Shown here: positions 1 to 8,979 of the stretch, one piece after another
How the letters are laid out: each line of letters starts with the position of its first letter
Position numbering within the stretch: the first letter of the stretch is position 1
Origin: Candidatus Latescibacterota bacterium
Lineage (GTDB): Bacteria > Latescibacterota > UBA2968 > UBA8231
Direction of reading: 5' to 3'
Length of the DNA stretch: 20,000 nt
Assembly: GCA_965219385.1 (NCBI GenBank)
Contig: CBDCNM010000002.1
Location: 2,840,305-2,860,304, forward strand
Notes under the pieces: generated by a model
Databases searched by the model: none
Seen by the model: only the letters and a program-made list of their open reading frames with translations
What the model was told of the DNA's origin: nothing
Position numbers and translations under genes: made by a program

Positions 1-32
1 CATGGTTCGTGCCGTATTCCAGGAGTACGAGT

Positions 33-426
33 TCAGGTTCGCCTGTCCTCGGCATCCGCCCGCCTCCGCAACTGCCCGAGGCGGCGCCCCAGCTTCTCCA
101 CTTCTTCTTCAATCAACCTCAATTCGTCGTCGACGCTTATCTCGCCGTTCAGGGCCATTGTGCTTGCGCCACTCTTCGGCCTCGCGCTCGGCCTGGGCCT
201 CGTCCATCGAGTTGATGATCACGCCGATGAACAGATTCAGCATGATCACGGTGCCCGGCAGCACGAAGGACACGAAGTAGAGAGCCCCGCCGAGGACCGG
301 CAGCCCCTTTGAGGCCTGGCGCAACGGGGCCAGGGCAAAATCCTGGTAGCCCGGGTAGGCATCGCTGCCGTACATCTGAATGTACATCACGTCGGTCCAA
401 TCCTCCAGGGGCACCACCCGGAACAT
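33..426 (-). pseudogene. Remnant of a bacterial voltage-gated Na/Ca channel (BacNav-like): pore helix, selectivity filter, S6 and C-terminal coiled coil only
   Basis: ORF 109-426 reads [14 protein letters not shown]...[30 protein letters not shown], matching the BacNav pore/S6 pattern (F..vTLExW...NLFIGVIVN.M). S1-S5 are absent because the sequence stops at the inverted repeat at 429. Removing one base at 158/159 continues the protein as [41 protein letters not shown] (stop at 33-35), a typical coiled-coil tail. Confidence 0.85.
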
Positions 427-428
427 TA

Positions 429-454
429 AGAAGCCGTCTTAAAATTCCGGGTGC
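429..454 (+). repeat. Left copy of 26-bp inverted repeat (IS/MITE terminal-inverted-repeat-like)
   Basis: AGAAGCCGTCTTAAAATTCCGGGTGC; the first 20 bp are an exact reverse complement of 19520-19539, and 25/26 match 19514-19539. Confidence 0.9.
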
Positions 455-459
455 ACACC

Positions 460-1164
460 TCATGCGAACCGCTCCCGCTGCTGCAGGCGCAGCAATCCGA
501 ATAGCGTCGCCAGCACGGCCCCGACCAGCAGGTATGCCCGGTTGTAGAACGTCGTCGCTTGCTGGACGATGGATTCGTAGGCTTCCACCTGCGCGAAGGG
601 ATTGTGGTACAGGTTCCAGCGGCTGCCCTCCAGAGGCTCCGTCAGCATCCAGAAAAACAAGCCCAGGACCAGCAACAGAGCGGCGGTGCCGTTGCCGCTG
701 CGGATTAGCGTCGCCAGCATGAAGCCCAGGCTGCTCAGGAAGGAGATGGGAAACATTAGATGGAAGACCATGGACCACACCGAGAAGTCGGCCAGGGCCA
801 TCCTGCACAGGGCCGCCAGCAGCAGCAACATAGCGGCGATCACCAGCTGCTGCACGCCGTGGCGGGCCAGCCACACTTTGTAGCGGTAGTCGGGAATAGC
901 GAAAAGCGTCTCCAGCATGCGACCGTCCACATCGCTCTGCACACAGTAAGCCGACGGGTAGAACATCAGCAGCACCCCCGGCACCAGCAGGAAGTAGTAG
1001 ACTAGGGCCGCGCTCGGTGGCACCTCTTCCTGGGCCGTGTGCACGACGACTACGGTGCAGAAGATGAGCAGCGCCAGCAGCAGGAAGTAGATGAACTTGC
1101 CGGCGAACACCTGGCTGGCACTATAGCGCGCGAAGGCGGCCATACTCCGGAACCGGGCCAGCAT
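460..1164 (-). CDS. Small ABC-2-type permease / membrane subunit (234 aa, ~6 hydrophobic segments)
   Basis: Multiple TM stretches; DVDGRMLETLFAIP resembles the ABC-2 coupling helix (E.E.GTLE.LL..P); start overlaps the upstream stop (TGATG at 1166-1162). Confidence 0.8.
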   Translation of the reverse strand: MLARFRSMAAFARYSASQVFAGKFIYFLLLALLIFCTVVVVHTAQEEVPPSAALVYYFLLVPGVLLMFYPSAYCVQSDVDGRMLETLFAIPDYRYKVWLARHGVQQLVIAAMLLLLAALCRMALADFSVWSMVFHLMFPISFLSSLGFMLATLIRSGNGTAALLLVLGLFFWMLTEPLEGSRWNLYHNPFAQVEAYESIVQQATTFYNRAYLLVGAVLATLFGLLRLQQRERFA

Positions 1165-4100
1165 CAGGCCGGCCTCTCCAGCAGCCAGAGGTACGAGTCC
1201 TCCAGGGTCGGGGTCACTTCTTCGGCCTCGGGTAGGGGCTGCTCGTCCGCCAGGATGCGCACCCGGATGGATTCGCCGTCCCGCATGTGGTGCACGATCC
1301 GGGTGCGATGGCGCAACTCCTCCAGGCGTTCTTCGCTGATCCGTGCCTGCCAGACCGCACCCCTGGTCAGCTCCACCATCTCCCGCGGGCTGCCGTGGAA
1401 GCGGACCTGGCCCTGGCCCATGACGACCAGATGGTTACAGGAACTCGAAATATCCTCGATGATGTGGGTCGAGAAGATCACCACCCGGTTGCGGGCCAGT
1501 TCGGCCAGCAGGTTGCGGAAGCGGATGCGCTCGCGCGGATCCAGCCCCGCCGTGGGCTCGTCCACCAGCAGGATGCGGGGCAGGCGCAGGAGCGTCTGGG
1601 CGATCCCGACCCGTTGCTTCATCCCTCCCGAGAACCCGCCGATCTTGCTGTCCCCGCTCTCCTCGAGGTGCACCGACCGCAGGGCGCCCTCCACCACTTC
1701 CCGCCGCTCTCTGGAGTCCCACTGTCCCTTCAACAGCGCCTGGTAGTCCAGGAACTGGCGGGCGGTCATGTTCTCGTAGGTGCCAAACTCCTGGGGCAGG
1801 TAGCCGATCAAAGCCTGCAGCTCCTCCCGCTGTTGGGTCAGATCGATGCCGTTGATGCGCACCTTCCCCAGGCTCTGCTCCAGTATGCCGCAGACGATGC
1901 GCATCAGCGTGGTCTTACCGGCGCCATTGGGCCCCACCAGACCAAACATGCCGCTCTCGATCCTCAGGGACACTTGTTCCACGGCGGTGAATGGACGCTT
2001 GCGTTTGCCGATGAGGGGTAGCGCTCCTACCAGCAAATAGAAGGCGCGGCGGCTGCGCCGGAAGCGACCGGTTATGGCATCGACATTCACCACGCCGCTG
2101 TGCAACCACCGCACGCCCCGGTTTACCACTGCTCCGAGGTACCATACTGCCCCCGCTGTGATCACCAGAGGCATATCGTCCCCCCTGTTGCGGAACCACA
2201 ACACGTGCGCCAGGGGCAGCAGCCAGTAGCACAGGTGGTAGAGCAGACGTGTAGTGCGGTGCAGGAAGCCGGCTCCCCGCGGCAGCCAGATCCACGCCAG
2301 GCTCAGAACGTGGACGTAGAAGGCCACGGACAGGATGATGGTCCAGACCGCGCTCTCCTGGTACAGGTAGACGAAGTAGAAATGGAAGGCGAGCACGGGC
2401 AGTCGCCATGCCAGTGCGGCCCGGCGTCCACCCTGATTGTCGCCCGCGTCCGGCTGGTGCTGTGCCTGGCGCTCGCCGCGACCCCATTGCCGCGCGAAGC
2501 GGGAGCGCTCATCGTACACCTTGACCACATTATCGATCGAGATCTGCAGCGGCACCCCTTCCGGGATCAAAGCGGCCCGGCTGCGACGCAGACTCGACCG
2601 CGCGAACCAGGTGAACGCCGGTACCAGACCCAACAGGACGATGCCGTCGGCGAATTGCCAGAAGGTGGAGTCCACGTTGTGGTGTATCAGGGCGGCGCCG
2701 GCGGCCAGGATCGCCAACTGCACCAGATTGATCCACCAGTCCAGCTGCCCCAACCACGCCACAGCCGTGGCCAGTCCGAAGTAAACCGTTGGCACCAGCA
2801 CCAGGGTAAAAACCGTCCCCGCCACCAGGCCGCCGATCACGGCGATGGCGAAGGGGGCGCCAATGGTGGCCACGTACTCGGCCTTGCCCATGGCCAGGGG
2901 CAGCATGGCCAGGATGGTAGACAGGGCCGTGATCAGAATCGGCCGCACCCTGACCTGCCCGGCCGCCAGTAGCGCCCGTCCCAACCGGTACCCCTGCCGT
3001 TGCAGCAGGCGGGCGTAGTCGATCAGCATGATGCCGTTGTTGACCACCACGCCCAGGAGGATGAGGAAGCCCACCAAGGCATTGGCGTTGAAGAGCGAGT
3101 TGCCCGTCAGGATCAGGCCCCACAGGGCGCCGATGGTGGCCAGCGGCAGGGTTATCATCATGGCCAGAGGGGCCACCAGAGACTCGAATACCGCGGCCAG
3201 GATCATGTAAATGAGCACCACCGACGCCCCGATCAGGAAGTAAAAGGCGGAAAGGTCGGTCTCGTCATGCACTACCTCGATTGACATTCCCGGCGGCAGG
3301 GACAGATCGGCGGCCAGCCGATCCACGGCCGCCCGGGCCTCGTCCAGCAGGTCGTTCGTCCCGGTGATTTCCTCCTCGAACTGGTAGGTCAGCTCTGCTT
3401 CCCTTTGCTGGTTCACCCGGTTGAAACCGCCGTATCCTTGCGCATAGACCAGGTCGGCCAGCTGCAGCAAGGGCACGTCACCCCCGTCCACCGTGCCGAC
3501 CCGCAAGCGGCGCAAATCTTCGATCCGGCGCTGCGGATATCCCGTGCTCGTCAACGCCACCTTGATCGGGTCGGACCCTCTCATCACCTGGACCGAAGGG
3601 TTCAACTGGGGCTGGAAGCCCGACAGGGCCGCGGCGATCGCGTTAGGCTGGACCCCGAAGTGGGATATGGCCGTCCGGTCGATCAGTAGATCGATTTCCG
3701 GTTGGCCCCGATTGATACCTGGCGACGAATAGCGGACCCCGGGTTGCCGCTCCAGATTGTAGCGGATGTCGTCGATGATGGTCTTCACCAGATCCATACT
3801 ACTGCCGCGCACGACGATGCGCTCGCTCGCCTCGCCAATTCCGAGCAGGCGTTGAAAGGCCCGGCCACCACCTGGACCACCGCCCCTGCCGCCGTAGCGC
3901 GGGTCGGTCCGCGGCTGTTCCCAGGAGAGATGAACCTGCGGGAAGGCTTTCCTGAGCCGGTCGTAGATCTCCTTCTTGATCGCCGCCAGGTTGCGCCGGG
4001 CGATTTTCTGGTAGCCCTCCTTTAATTCGAAAGCCAGCCGTAGGTTGTCGACTTCGATGTCGATGCGTCGCTTTGCCACCTCCTCGATGTCCGCCAGACG

Positions 4101-5846
4101 CGCGTCCATTCTCCGGGCCTGTTCATCGGCCAGCTGCAGGGTCATTCCTCCGGGTATGGCAGCATACAGATCGAAGCTGGTCAGCTCTACTTCCACGGGG
4201 CTGTTGACGCTGACCGTCAGGCTCAGAAGAAGGCTGACGAGGAAAGCGACCACTGCAATGCCCGTGGTCCGTCCCGGAAAACGCATGCACGACTTGAGCA
4301 GCAGCGAGTAGATCTGCACCATGCGGTGACGCTGCGACACGGCGTTGAAGGTGCGCGACCGGTCGGTTGGGCGGCGGGCGAACAAGCGATAGGTGAACAC
4401 CGGGATCAGCAGCATGGCCACCAGCAGCGATACCAGCAAGGTGCAGATGATGGATACTCCGACCTGCTGTCCCAGGAGGCGCACCAGAAAATTGTCGGAG
4501 AAGACGAAGGGGAGAAACACGCACACCGTGGTCAGCGTCGTCGCCAACACCGCCCGCCACACCTGCGCTACCCCGGTGACCACCGCCTCGTGTGCCTGGC
4601 GCCCACGCCCCAGCTGCCGGTAGATATTTTCCAGCACCACAATGCTGTTGTCCAGCAGCATGCCCACGGCTATGGCGATGCCCACCAGGGATAGCATGTT
4701 GAGGCTTATGTCGAAGGCGTAGAACAGGTTCATGGCGATCAGCATTGAAATCGGTATGGCCGCCGCCACGATCGCCACCAGGGGCAGATTGCGCAGGAAC
4801 ACCCAGAGGATGCCGACCGCCAGCAGCCCGCCCACCACGGCCAGCGCCTTGATATCGCCGATGTTTTCCTCGATCGCCTCGGCGGTGTCGCTCTGGATCA
4901 CCAGTTCGACGCCGTCCGGATCCAGGTTCCGATTCAACTCGTCCACCACCTTGCGCGTCGCCCGCGACAGGGCCAGCAGGTTGGCCTGGCGGTCGCTGAC
5001 CAGGGTGATGGAGACCGCTTCCATACCGTTGATGCGGGCGATGCTCTCGCGCAGGGCCCCCCCCTCCACCACGGTGGCGATCTGCCCCAGCCACAGCGGA
5101 CCCTCGGCGCGAACGATGGTCTCTTTTAGGTCCTCTATGGAGCGCAGATCGCTGGAAAGGTTGACGAAGATCCGCTGGCCCCCGTTCTCCACCTGACCCA
5201 GGAAGCGACGGGGGCGAGAGGATTGGGAGATCCGCGTCTCTACCTCGGCCAGGGTCAGGCCGTGGCTGTGCATGATTTCTTCGCTGAGCAGCACCTCCAC
5301 CAGCTGCTGGCGACCCCCGTACACCGCCACGTTCGCCATCCCTTCCACGCTTTGCAGATCCGGCACTACCTTTTCGTCCACCACATTGCGAATCTGATCC
5401 AGGGTACCCACCCCGCGGGCCTGCAGCGACATGAACTGACTGGCCAGTTGTTCGGTGTCGATCTTGAGCACCATGGCCCGGAAATCATCGCCCAGCTGGG
5501 CCCGGGTGGCGGCGACGCGTTCCTCCAGCTTGAGGAAGGCGTACTGCTGAGCGCTCCGCCGGGTGTAATAGACGAACAGAGTCGCCTGCTGCTGTTCTAT
5601 GTACGACTCGATCCTTTCTATGTCCTCCAGACCCGCGATGGCGCTCTCCAGAGGGATCACCGCCTGCCGTTCGATGAAGTGCGGGTCGGCGTCGCGAGCG
5701 CTCTGTACCTGCACCACGAGCATGGGCAGCTCCGCGGCGGGGATGAGCTCCACGGCCAGACGGTCGTAGGACACCGCCCCCAGCAGGCATCCTCCGATCA
5801 GGAGCATGCACACCAGCACCGGTCTGTGGATGAAGAAGGCAATCAC
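1164..5846 (-). CDS. AcrB/AcrD/AcrF-family RND permease fused to a C-terminal ABC ATPase (1560 aa)
   Basis: One uninterrupted ORF. RND motifs: FFIHRPV, GMLLDNSIVVLENI (TM4), YMILAAVFES, GVVVNNGIMLID (TM10), RVRPILIT (TM11). ABC motifs: GPNGAGKT (1911-1934), GYLPQ, FSGGMKQR, ILLVDEPT, STH. GTG start 13 nt after the upstream RND stop. Confidence 0.93.
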   Translation of the reverse strand: MIAFFIHRPVLVCMLLIGGCLLGAVSYDRLAVELIPAAELPMLVVQVQSARDADPHFIERQAVIPLESAIAGLEDIERIESYIEQQQATLFVYYTRRSAQQYAFLKLEERVAATRAQLGDDFRAMVLKIDTEQLASQFMSLQARGVGTLDQIRNVVDEKVVPDLQSVEGMANVAVYGGRQQLVEVLLSEEIMHSHGLTLAEVETRISQSSRPRRFLGQVENGGQRIFVNLSSDLRSIEDLKETIVRAEGPLWLGQIATVVEGGALRESIARINGMEAVSITLVSDRQANLLALSRATRKVVDELNRNLDPDGVELVIQSDTAEAIEENIGDIKALAVVGGLLAVGILWVFLRNLPLVAIVAAAIPISMLIAMNLFYAFDISLNMLSLVGIAIAVGMLLDNSIVVLENIYRQLGRGRQAHEAVVTGVAQVWRAVLATTLTTVCVFLPFVFSDNFLVRLLGQQVGVSIICTLLVSLLVAMLLIPVFTYRLFARRPTDRSRTFNAVSQRHRMVQIYSLLLKSCMRFPGRTTGIAVVAFLVSLLLSLTVSVNSPVEVELTSFDLYAAIPGGMTLQLADEQARRMDARLADIEEVAKRRIDIEVDNLRLAFELKEGYQKIARRNLAAIKKEIYDRLRKAFPQVHLSWEQPRTDPRYGGRGGGPGGGRAFQRLLGIGEASERIVVRGSSMDLVKTIIDDIRYNLERQPGVRYSSPGINRGQPEIDLLIDRTAISHFGVQPNAIAAALSGFQPQLNPSVQVMRGSDPIKVALTSTGYPQRRIEDLRRLRVGTVDGGDVPLLQLADLVYAQGYGGFNRVNQQREAELTYQFEEEITGTNDLLDEARAAVDRLAADLSLPPGMSIEVVHDETDLSAFYFLIGASVVLIYMILAAVFESLVAPLAMMITLPLATIGALWGLILTGNSLFNANALVGFLILLGVVVNNGIMLIDYARLLQRQGYRLGRALLAAGQVRVRPILITALSTILAMLPLAMGKAEYVATIGAPFAIAVIGGLVAGTVFTLVLVPTVYFGLATAVAWLGQLDWWINLVQLAILAAGAALIHHNVDSTFWQFADGIVLLGLVPAFTWFARSSLRRSRAALIPEGVPLQISIDNVVKVYDERSRFARQWGRGERQAQHQPDAGDNQGGRRAALAWRLPVLAFHFYFVYLYQESAVWTIILSVAFYVHVLSLAWIWLPRGAGFLHRTTRLLYHLCYWLLPLAHVLWFRNRGDDMPLVITAGAVWYLGAVVNRGVRWLHSGVVNVDAITGRFRRSRRAFYLLVGALPLIGKRKRPFTAVEQVSLRIESGMFGLVGPNGAGKTTLMRIVCGILEQSLGKVRINGIDLTQQREELQALIGYLPQEFGTYENMTARQFLDYQALLKGQWDSRERREVVEGALRSVHLEESGDSKIGGFSGGMKQRVGIAQTLLRLPRILLVDEPTAGLDPRERIRFRNLLAELARNRVVIFSTHIIEDISSSCNHLVVMGQGQVRFHGSPREMVELTRGAVWQARISEERLEELRHRTRIVHHMRDGESIRVRILADEQPLPEAEEVTPTLEDSYLWLLERPA

Positions 5847-5859
5847 GATGGCGTCGTTC

Positions 5860-8800
5860 TCACATGGGTCTGGATTGCAGCCGGTCGCCGCGCGCCAGCA
5901 GGTGATAGGCGCAGGGGATCACGGCAAGCGTGAGGGCGGTGGAGGTGACAAGGCCACCGATCACGGCAACGGCCATGGGGGCGCGCAGCGCGGCGCCCTC
6001 CCCGGCGCCGATGGCCAGGGGCAAAAGCGCCAGCATGGTAGTCGCGCTGGTCATCGCGATCGGCCGGATGCGCGTCTGACCGGCGCCGAGAATGGCTTCC
6101 CGCAGCTCCTGCCCCGAGCGGCGGTTCTGATTGATGCGGTCCACCAGTATGATGGAGTCGTTGACGGCGATGCCGGCCAGCATGATCACCCCGATGAAGG
6201 ACATCACGTTGAGCGGCATCGACAAGGCCATGAGTCCAAGGACCGCTCCGACGCCCGCCAGCGGGATGGTCAACAGGATGACGAAGGGATGCACCAGGGA
6301 CTCGAACTGCGCCGCCATCACCATGTACACCATCACCACGGCCAGTATCAGGGCGAAAAGCAGGTTTTCGAAGGCATCCTGGCGCAGCTTTTCCTCGCCG
6401 GTCACCTCGTAGCCGTACTCGGGCGGCCACGCAATCGTGGCCAGTTCCGCCTCTACCTGGGCCGCGACCTGGTCGAAAGGCCGGTCTGAACTCAGGTGGG
6501 CGCTTACCGTGGACGTGCGCATCTGATTGTTCCGCGTTATCGCCCGGGGCGACAGGGAGGGAACCAGCCGCGCCACCTCGTCGAGGCGCACGCGTCGGCC
6601 CTCCGGCGCCTCCAGCATCACATTTTCCAGCTCCTGCAGCGACAGGCGCGGCCGTTGGATGACGATGTCGCTGTACTCGCCCAGCTGCTGAAGCTGCCCC
6701 GCCGCCTGCCCCGAAAGCAGGTGCTCCAGCTGGTTGCCTATGGCGTCGATCTGTATGGAGTGCTGCGCCGCACGGGTGCGGTCGATCTCCAGGTCTATCT
6801 GGGGGTGGCCCTCGCCCAGGCCGGTTTCGACGTTGGCGAGACCGTTCATCCCGGCCAGCCGCTCCTCCACCTGGCCGGCCAGCTCGGTGAGGATCTCCAG
6901 ATCCTGCCCCTTGATTTCTACCTGCAGCGGCGCCGCCGTGCGCCCGAGGCTGATCTCCAGGGCCGTCTCCTGCTGCACGAACCGCGCCTCCACATCCGGC
7001 AGCGCCTTTAGCTCCGCGCCCAGGGCGGCAATCAGCGCGGTCGGTGCCAGCGAACTGGCCGGCTCGAAGATGATGTGGATGGCGGCGCTGTTCTCATCCG
7101 CCAGCAGATCCCGCACGTCGGTGCTGCTCCCGGCGGGACCCACCCGCGCGTAGAGGTGTCGCAGGTGAGTGCCGAAGTTCTGCGTCAGGAAAGTTTCGAG
7201 GTTGCGGACCACACCCTCGGTGCGGTCCAGGTGCGTTCCCTCGGCCAGGGTCAGTTCTACCGACAGCTCACCGCGGCCGGTCCGCGGCATGAACTCGCTG
7301 CCCAGCATCGGCAGCAGCGCGGCCGTGCCGGCCACCAGAAGCAGGCCCGCAAGCAGCACCGGGATGCGGTGCTTCAGCAAGCCCTGCAACAGGCTGGCGT
7401 AGCGCGGAAAGTGGACGGCATTCACCGTTGCGCCGCGGCCCTTTCCGAGTAAACGCGAGCACAACATGGGGATGACGACCATGGCGACGAAGAGGGAGGA
7501 CAGCAGCGAGAACGCCACTGTCCACGCTTGTTCCCGGAAGAGTTCCCCGGCGGCGCCGTGGAGGTAGACGATGGGAAGGAAGACGACGATGGTGGTTGCC
7601 GTCGAGCTGGTGATCGCGCCGCCGACCTCGCCCGCGCCCAGCACCGCTGCGTCCTTCAGGGGGGCGCCGTCCTCCAGCTTTCTGAAGATGTTTTCCAACA
7701 CCACGATGGCGTTGTCCACCAGCATGCCGGCACCTAGGGCCAGACCGCCGAGGGTCATCAGGTTCAGCGACAGGTCGCCGAAGTACATCAGGTTGAAGGT
7801 AGCGACGATGGAAATGGGGATGGCGATGCTGACCACCGCCGTCACTCCGAGGCGTCGCAGGAACAGGAACAACACCAGCATCGCCAGGAAAATGCCGAGC
7901 AGTCCGGCCTGCTCTACCTCGGCGACCGCCGCCTCGATGAAGCGGGCCTGGTCCTGCACCACCTCGATCCGGTATCCCGGTAGCGTCCGTCGCAGCACCT
8001 CTAGCTGCTGGTGGATGCTGCCGGCCGCGTCAATGGTGTTGAAACGCGCCTCCTTGTATATCTCCAGGCCGATGCAGCGCCTCCCGTCCAGGCGCACCAC
8101 GTTCTCCGGCTCGCTTAGAATGGTGCGCACCTGGGCCACTTCGCGCAGAGGTACCGGGGTCTGCTCAACCGTGGGCGCGGCCGTTGTGGCACCCGTCCGG
8201 GCCGCTGTTTCCGGGGTCCTGGCGGCTACGATCAGATGGTTCAGTTCCTCCGGAGAGGCGAACTCCCCCACCCCTTTGATGAGGTAGCGGCGCCCCATCT
8301 CCACGATGGATCCCCCCACCGTGTTGCGGTTGGCATTCTCGATCGTCGACTTCAGCTGCTCGGCCGTAATGCCGTAGGCCTCCAGGGTGTAGGCATCGGT
8401 CCGCACTTCCACCTGGCGCCGCCGCTCCCCCACCAGTTCCACCGCCGCGACTCCCGGCAGCCGAATCAACTCGGTGCGAATGATGTTCTCCGCGGTCTGG
8501 CGCAGGGCGTCCAGACCGCTCACTTCCGGGTGGTAGAAGGCGGCCACCACCACCGGCCGGGCATTGGGATCGTGCTGGCTGACCGCGACCTCCTCCGCGT
8601 TCGAGCGCTGCGCCTGATCGGCCATCATCTTTTGCAGGTCCAGGAAAGCTTCGTCCATGTCGACCTGCCAGCCGTATTCAACCGCAATCAGGGCGCGTCC
8701 AGTCTGGGCGATGGAGTGCACATTCTCCACTCCGCGCCCGCGCGCGGCCACCGCCTCCAGACGGGAGACGAACTGCCGCTCCATCTCCTCCGGCGGCCGC

Positions 8801-8961
8801 TCCCCACCCTTCACCTCGATAAACAGTCGGGGATTGTCCAGCTCGGGGAACAGGTCCATCCCCAGGCGCTCGAAGGAGATGTATCCCAGCAGCAGGATCG
8901 CCAGGATCAACATCAGCACCGTGGTCGGGTAGCGAACCGCGAATCGCGCCAGTCCATGCAT
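5860..8961 (-). CDS. AcrB/AcrD/AcrF-family RND permease (1033 aa)
   Basis: FAVRYP N-terminus, GMLVDNAIVVLENI, VYMVMAAQFES, GIAVNDSIILVD, RIRPIAMT; canonical RND length; GGAGG upstream of the start. Confidence 0.95.
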   Translation of the reverse strand: MHGLARFAVRYPTTVLMLILAILLLGYISFERLGMDLFPELDNPRLFIEVKGGERPPEEMERQFVSRLEAVAARGRGVENVHSIAQTGRALIAVEYGWQVDMDEAFLDLQKMMADQAQRSNAEEVAVSQHDPNARPVVVAAFYHPEVSGLDALRQTAENIIRTELIRLPGVAAVELVGERRRQVEVRTDAYTLEAYGITAEQLKSTIENANRNTVGGSIVEMGRRYLIKGVGEFASPEELNHLIVAARTPETAARTGATTAAPTVEQTPVPLREVAQVRTILSEPENVVRLDGRRCIGLEIYKEARFNTIDAAGSIHQQLEVLRRTLPGYRIEVVQDQARFIEAAVAEVEQAGLLGIFLAMLVLFLFLRRLGVTAVVSIAIPISIVATFNLMYFGDLSLNLMTLGGLALGAGMLVDNAIVVLENIFRKLEDGAPLKDAAVLGAGEVGGAITSSTATTIVVFLPIVYLHGAAGELFREQAWTVAFSLLSSLFVAMVVIPMLCSRLLGKGRGATVNAVHFPRYASLLQGLLKHRIPVLLAGLLLVAGTAALLPMLGSEFMPRTGRGELSVELTLAEGTHLDRTEGVVRNLETFLTQNFGTHLRHLYARVGPAGSSTDVRDLLADENSAAIHIIFEPASSLAPTALIAALGAELKALPDVEARFVQQETALEISLGRTAAPLQVEIKGQDLEILTELAGQVEERLAGMNGLANVETGLGEGHPQIDLEIDRTRAAQHSIQIDAIGNQLEHLLSGQAAGQLQQLGEYSDIVIQRPRLSLQELENVMLEAPEGRRVRLDEVARLVPSLSPRAITRNNQMRTSTVSAHLSSDRPFDQVAAQVEAELATIAWPPEYGYEVTGEEKLRQDAFENLLFALILAVVMVYMVMAAQFESLVHPFVILLTIPLAGVGAVLGLMALSMPLNVMSFIGVIMLAGIAVNDSIILVDRINQNRRSGQELREAILGAGQTRIRPIAMTSATTMLALLPLAIGAGEGAALRAPMAVAVIGGLVTSTALTLAVIPCAYHLLARGDRLQSRPM

Positions 8962-8979
8962 GATTGCCTGTTGTGCCTC

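Noticed and set aside
109..426. Functional pore-only ion channel as an eighth operon gene
   Set aside because: S5 is missing too, the filter and S6 carry Pro substitutions, and the tail is frameshifted.
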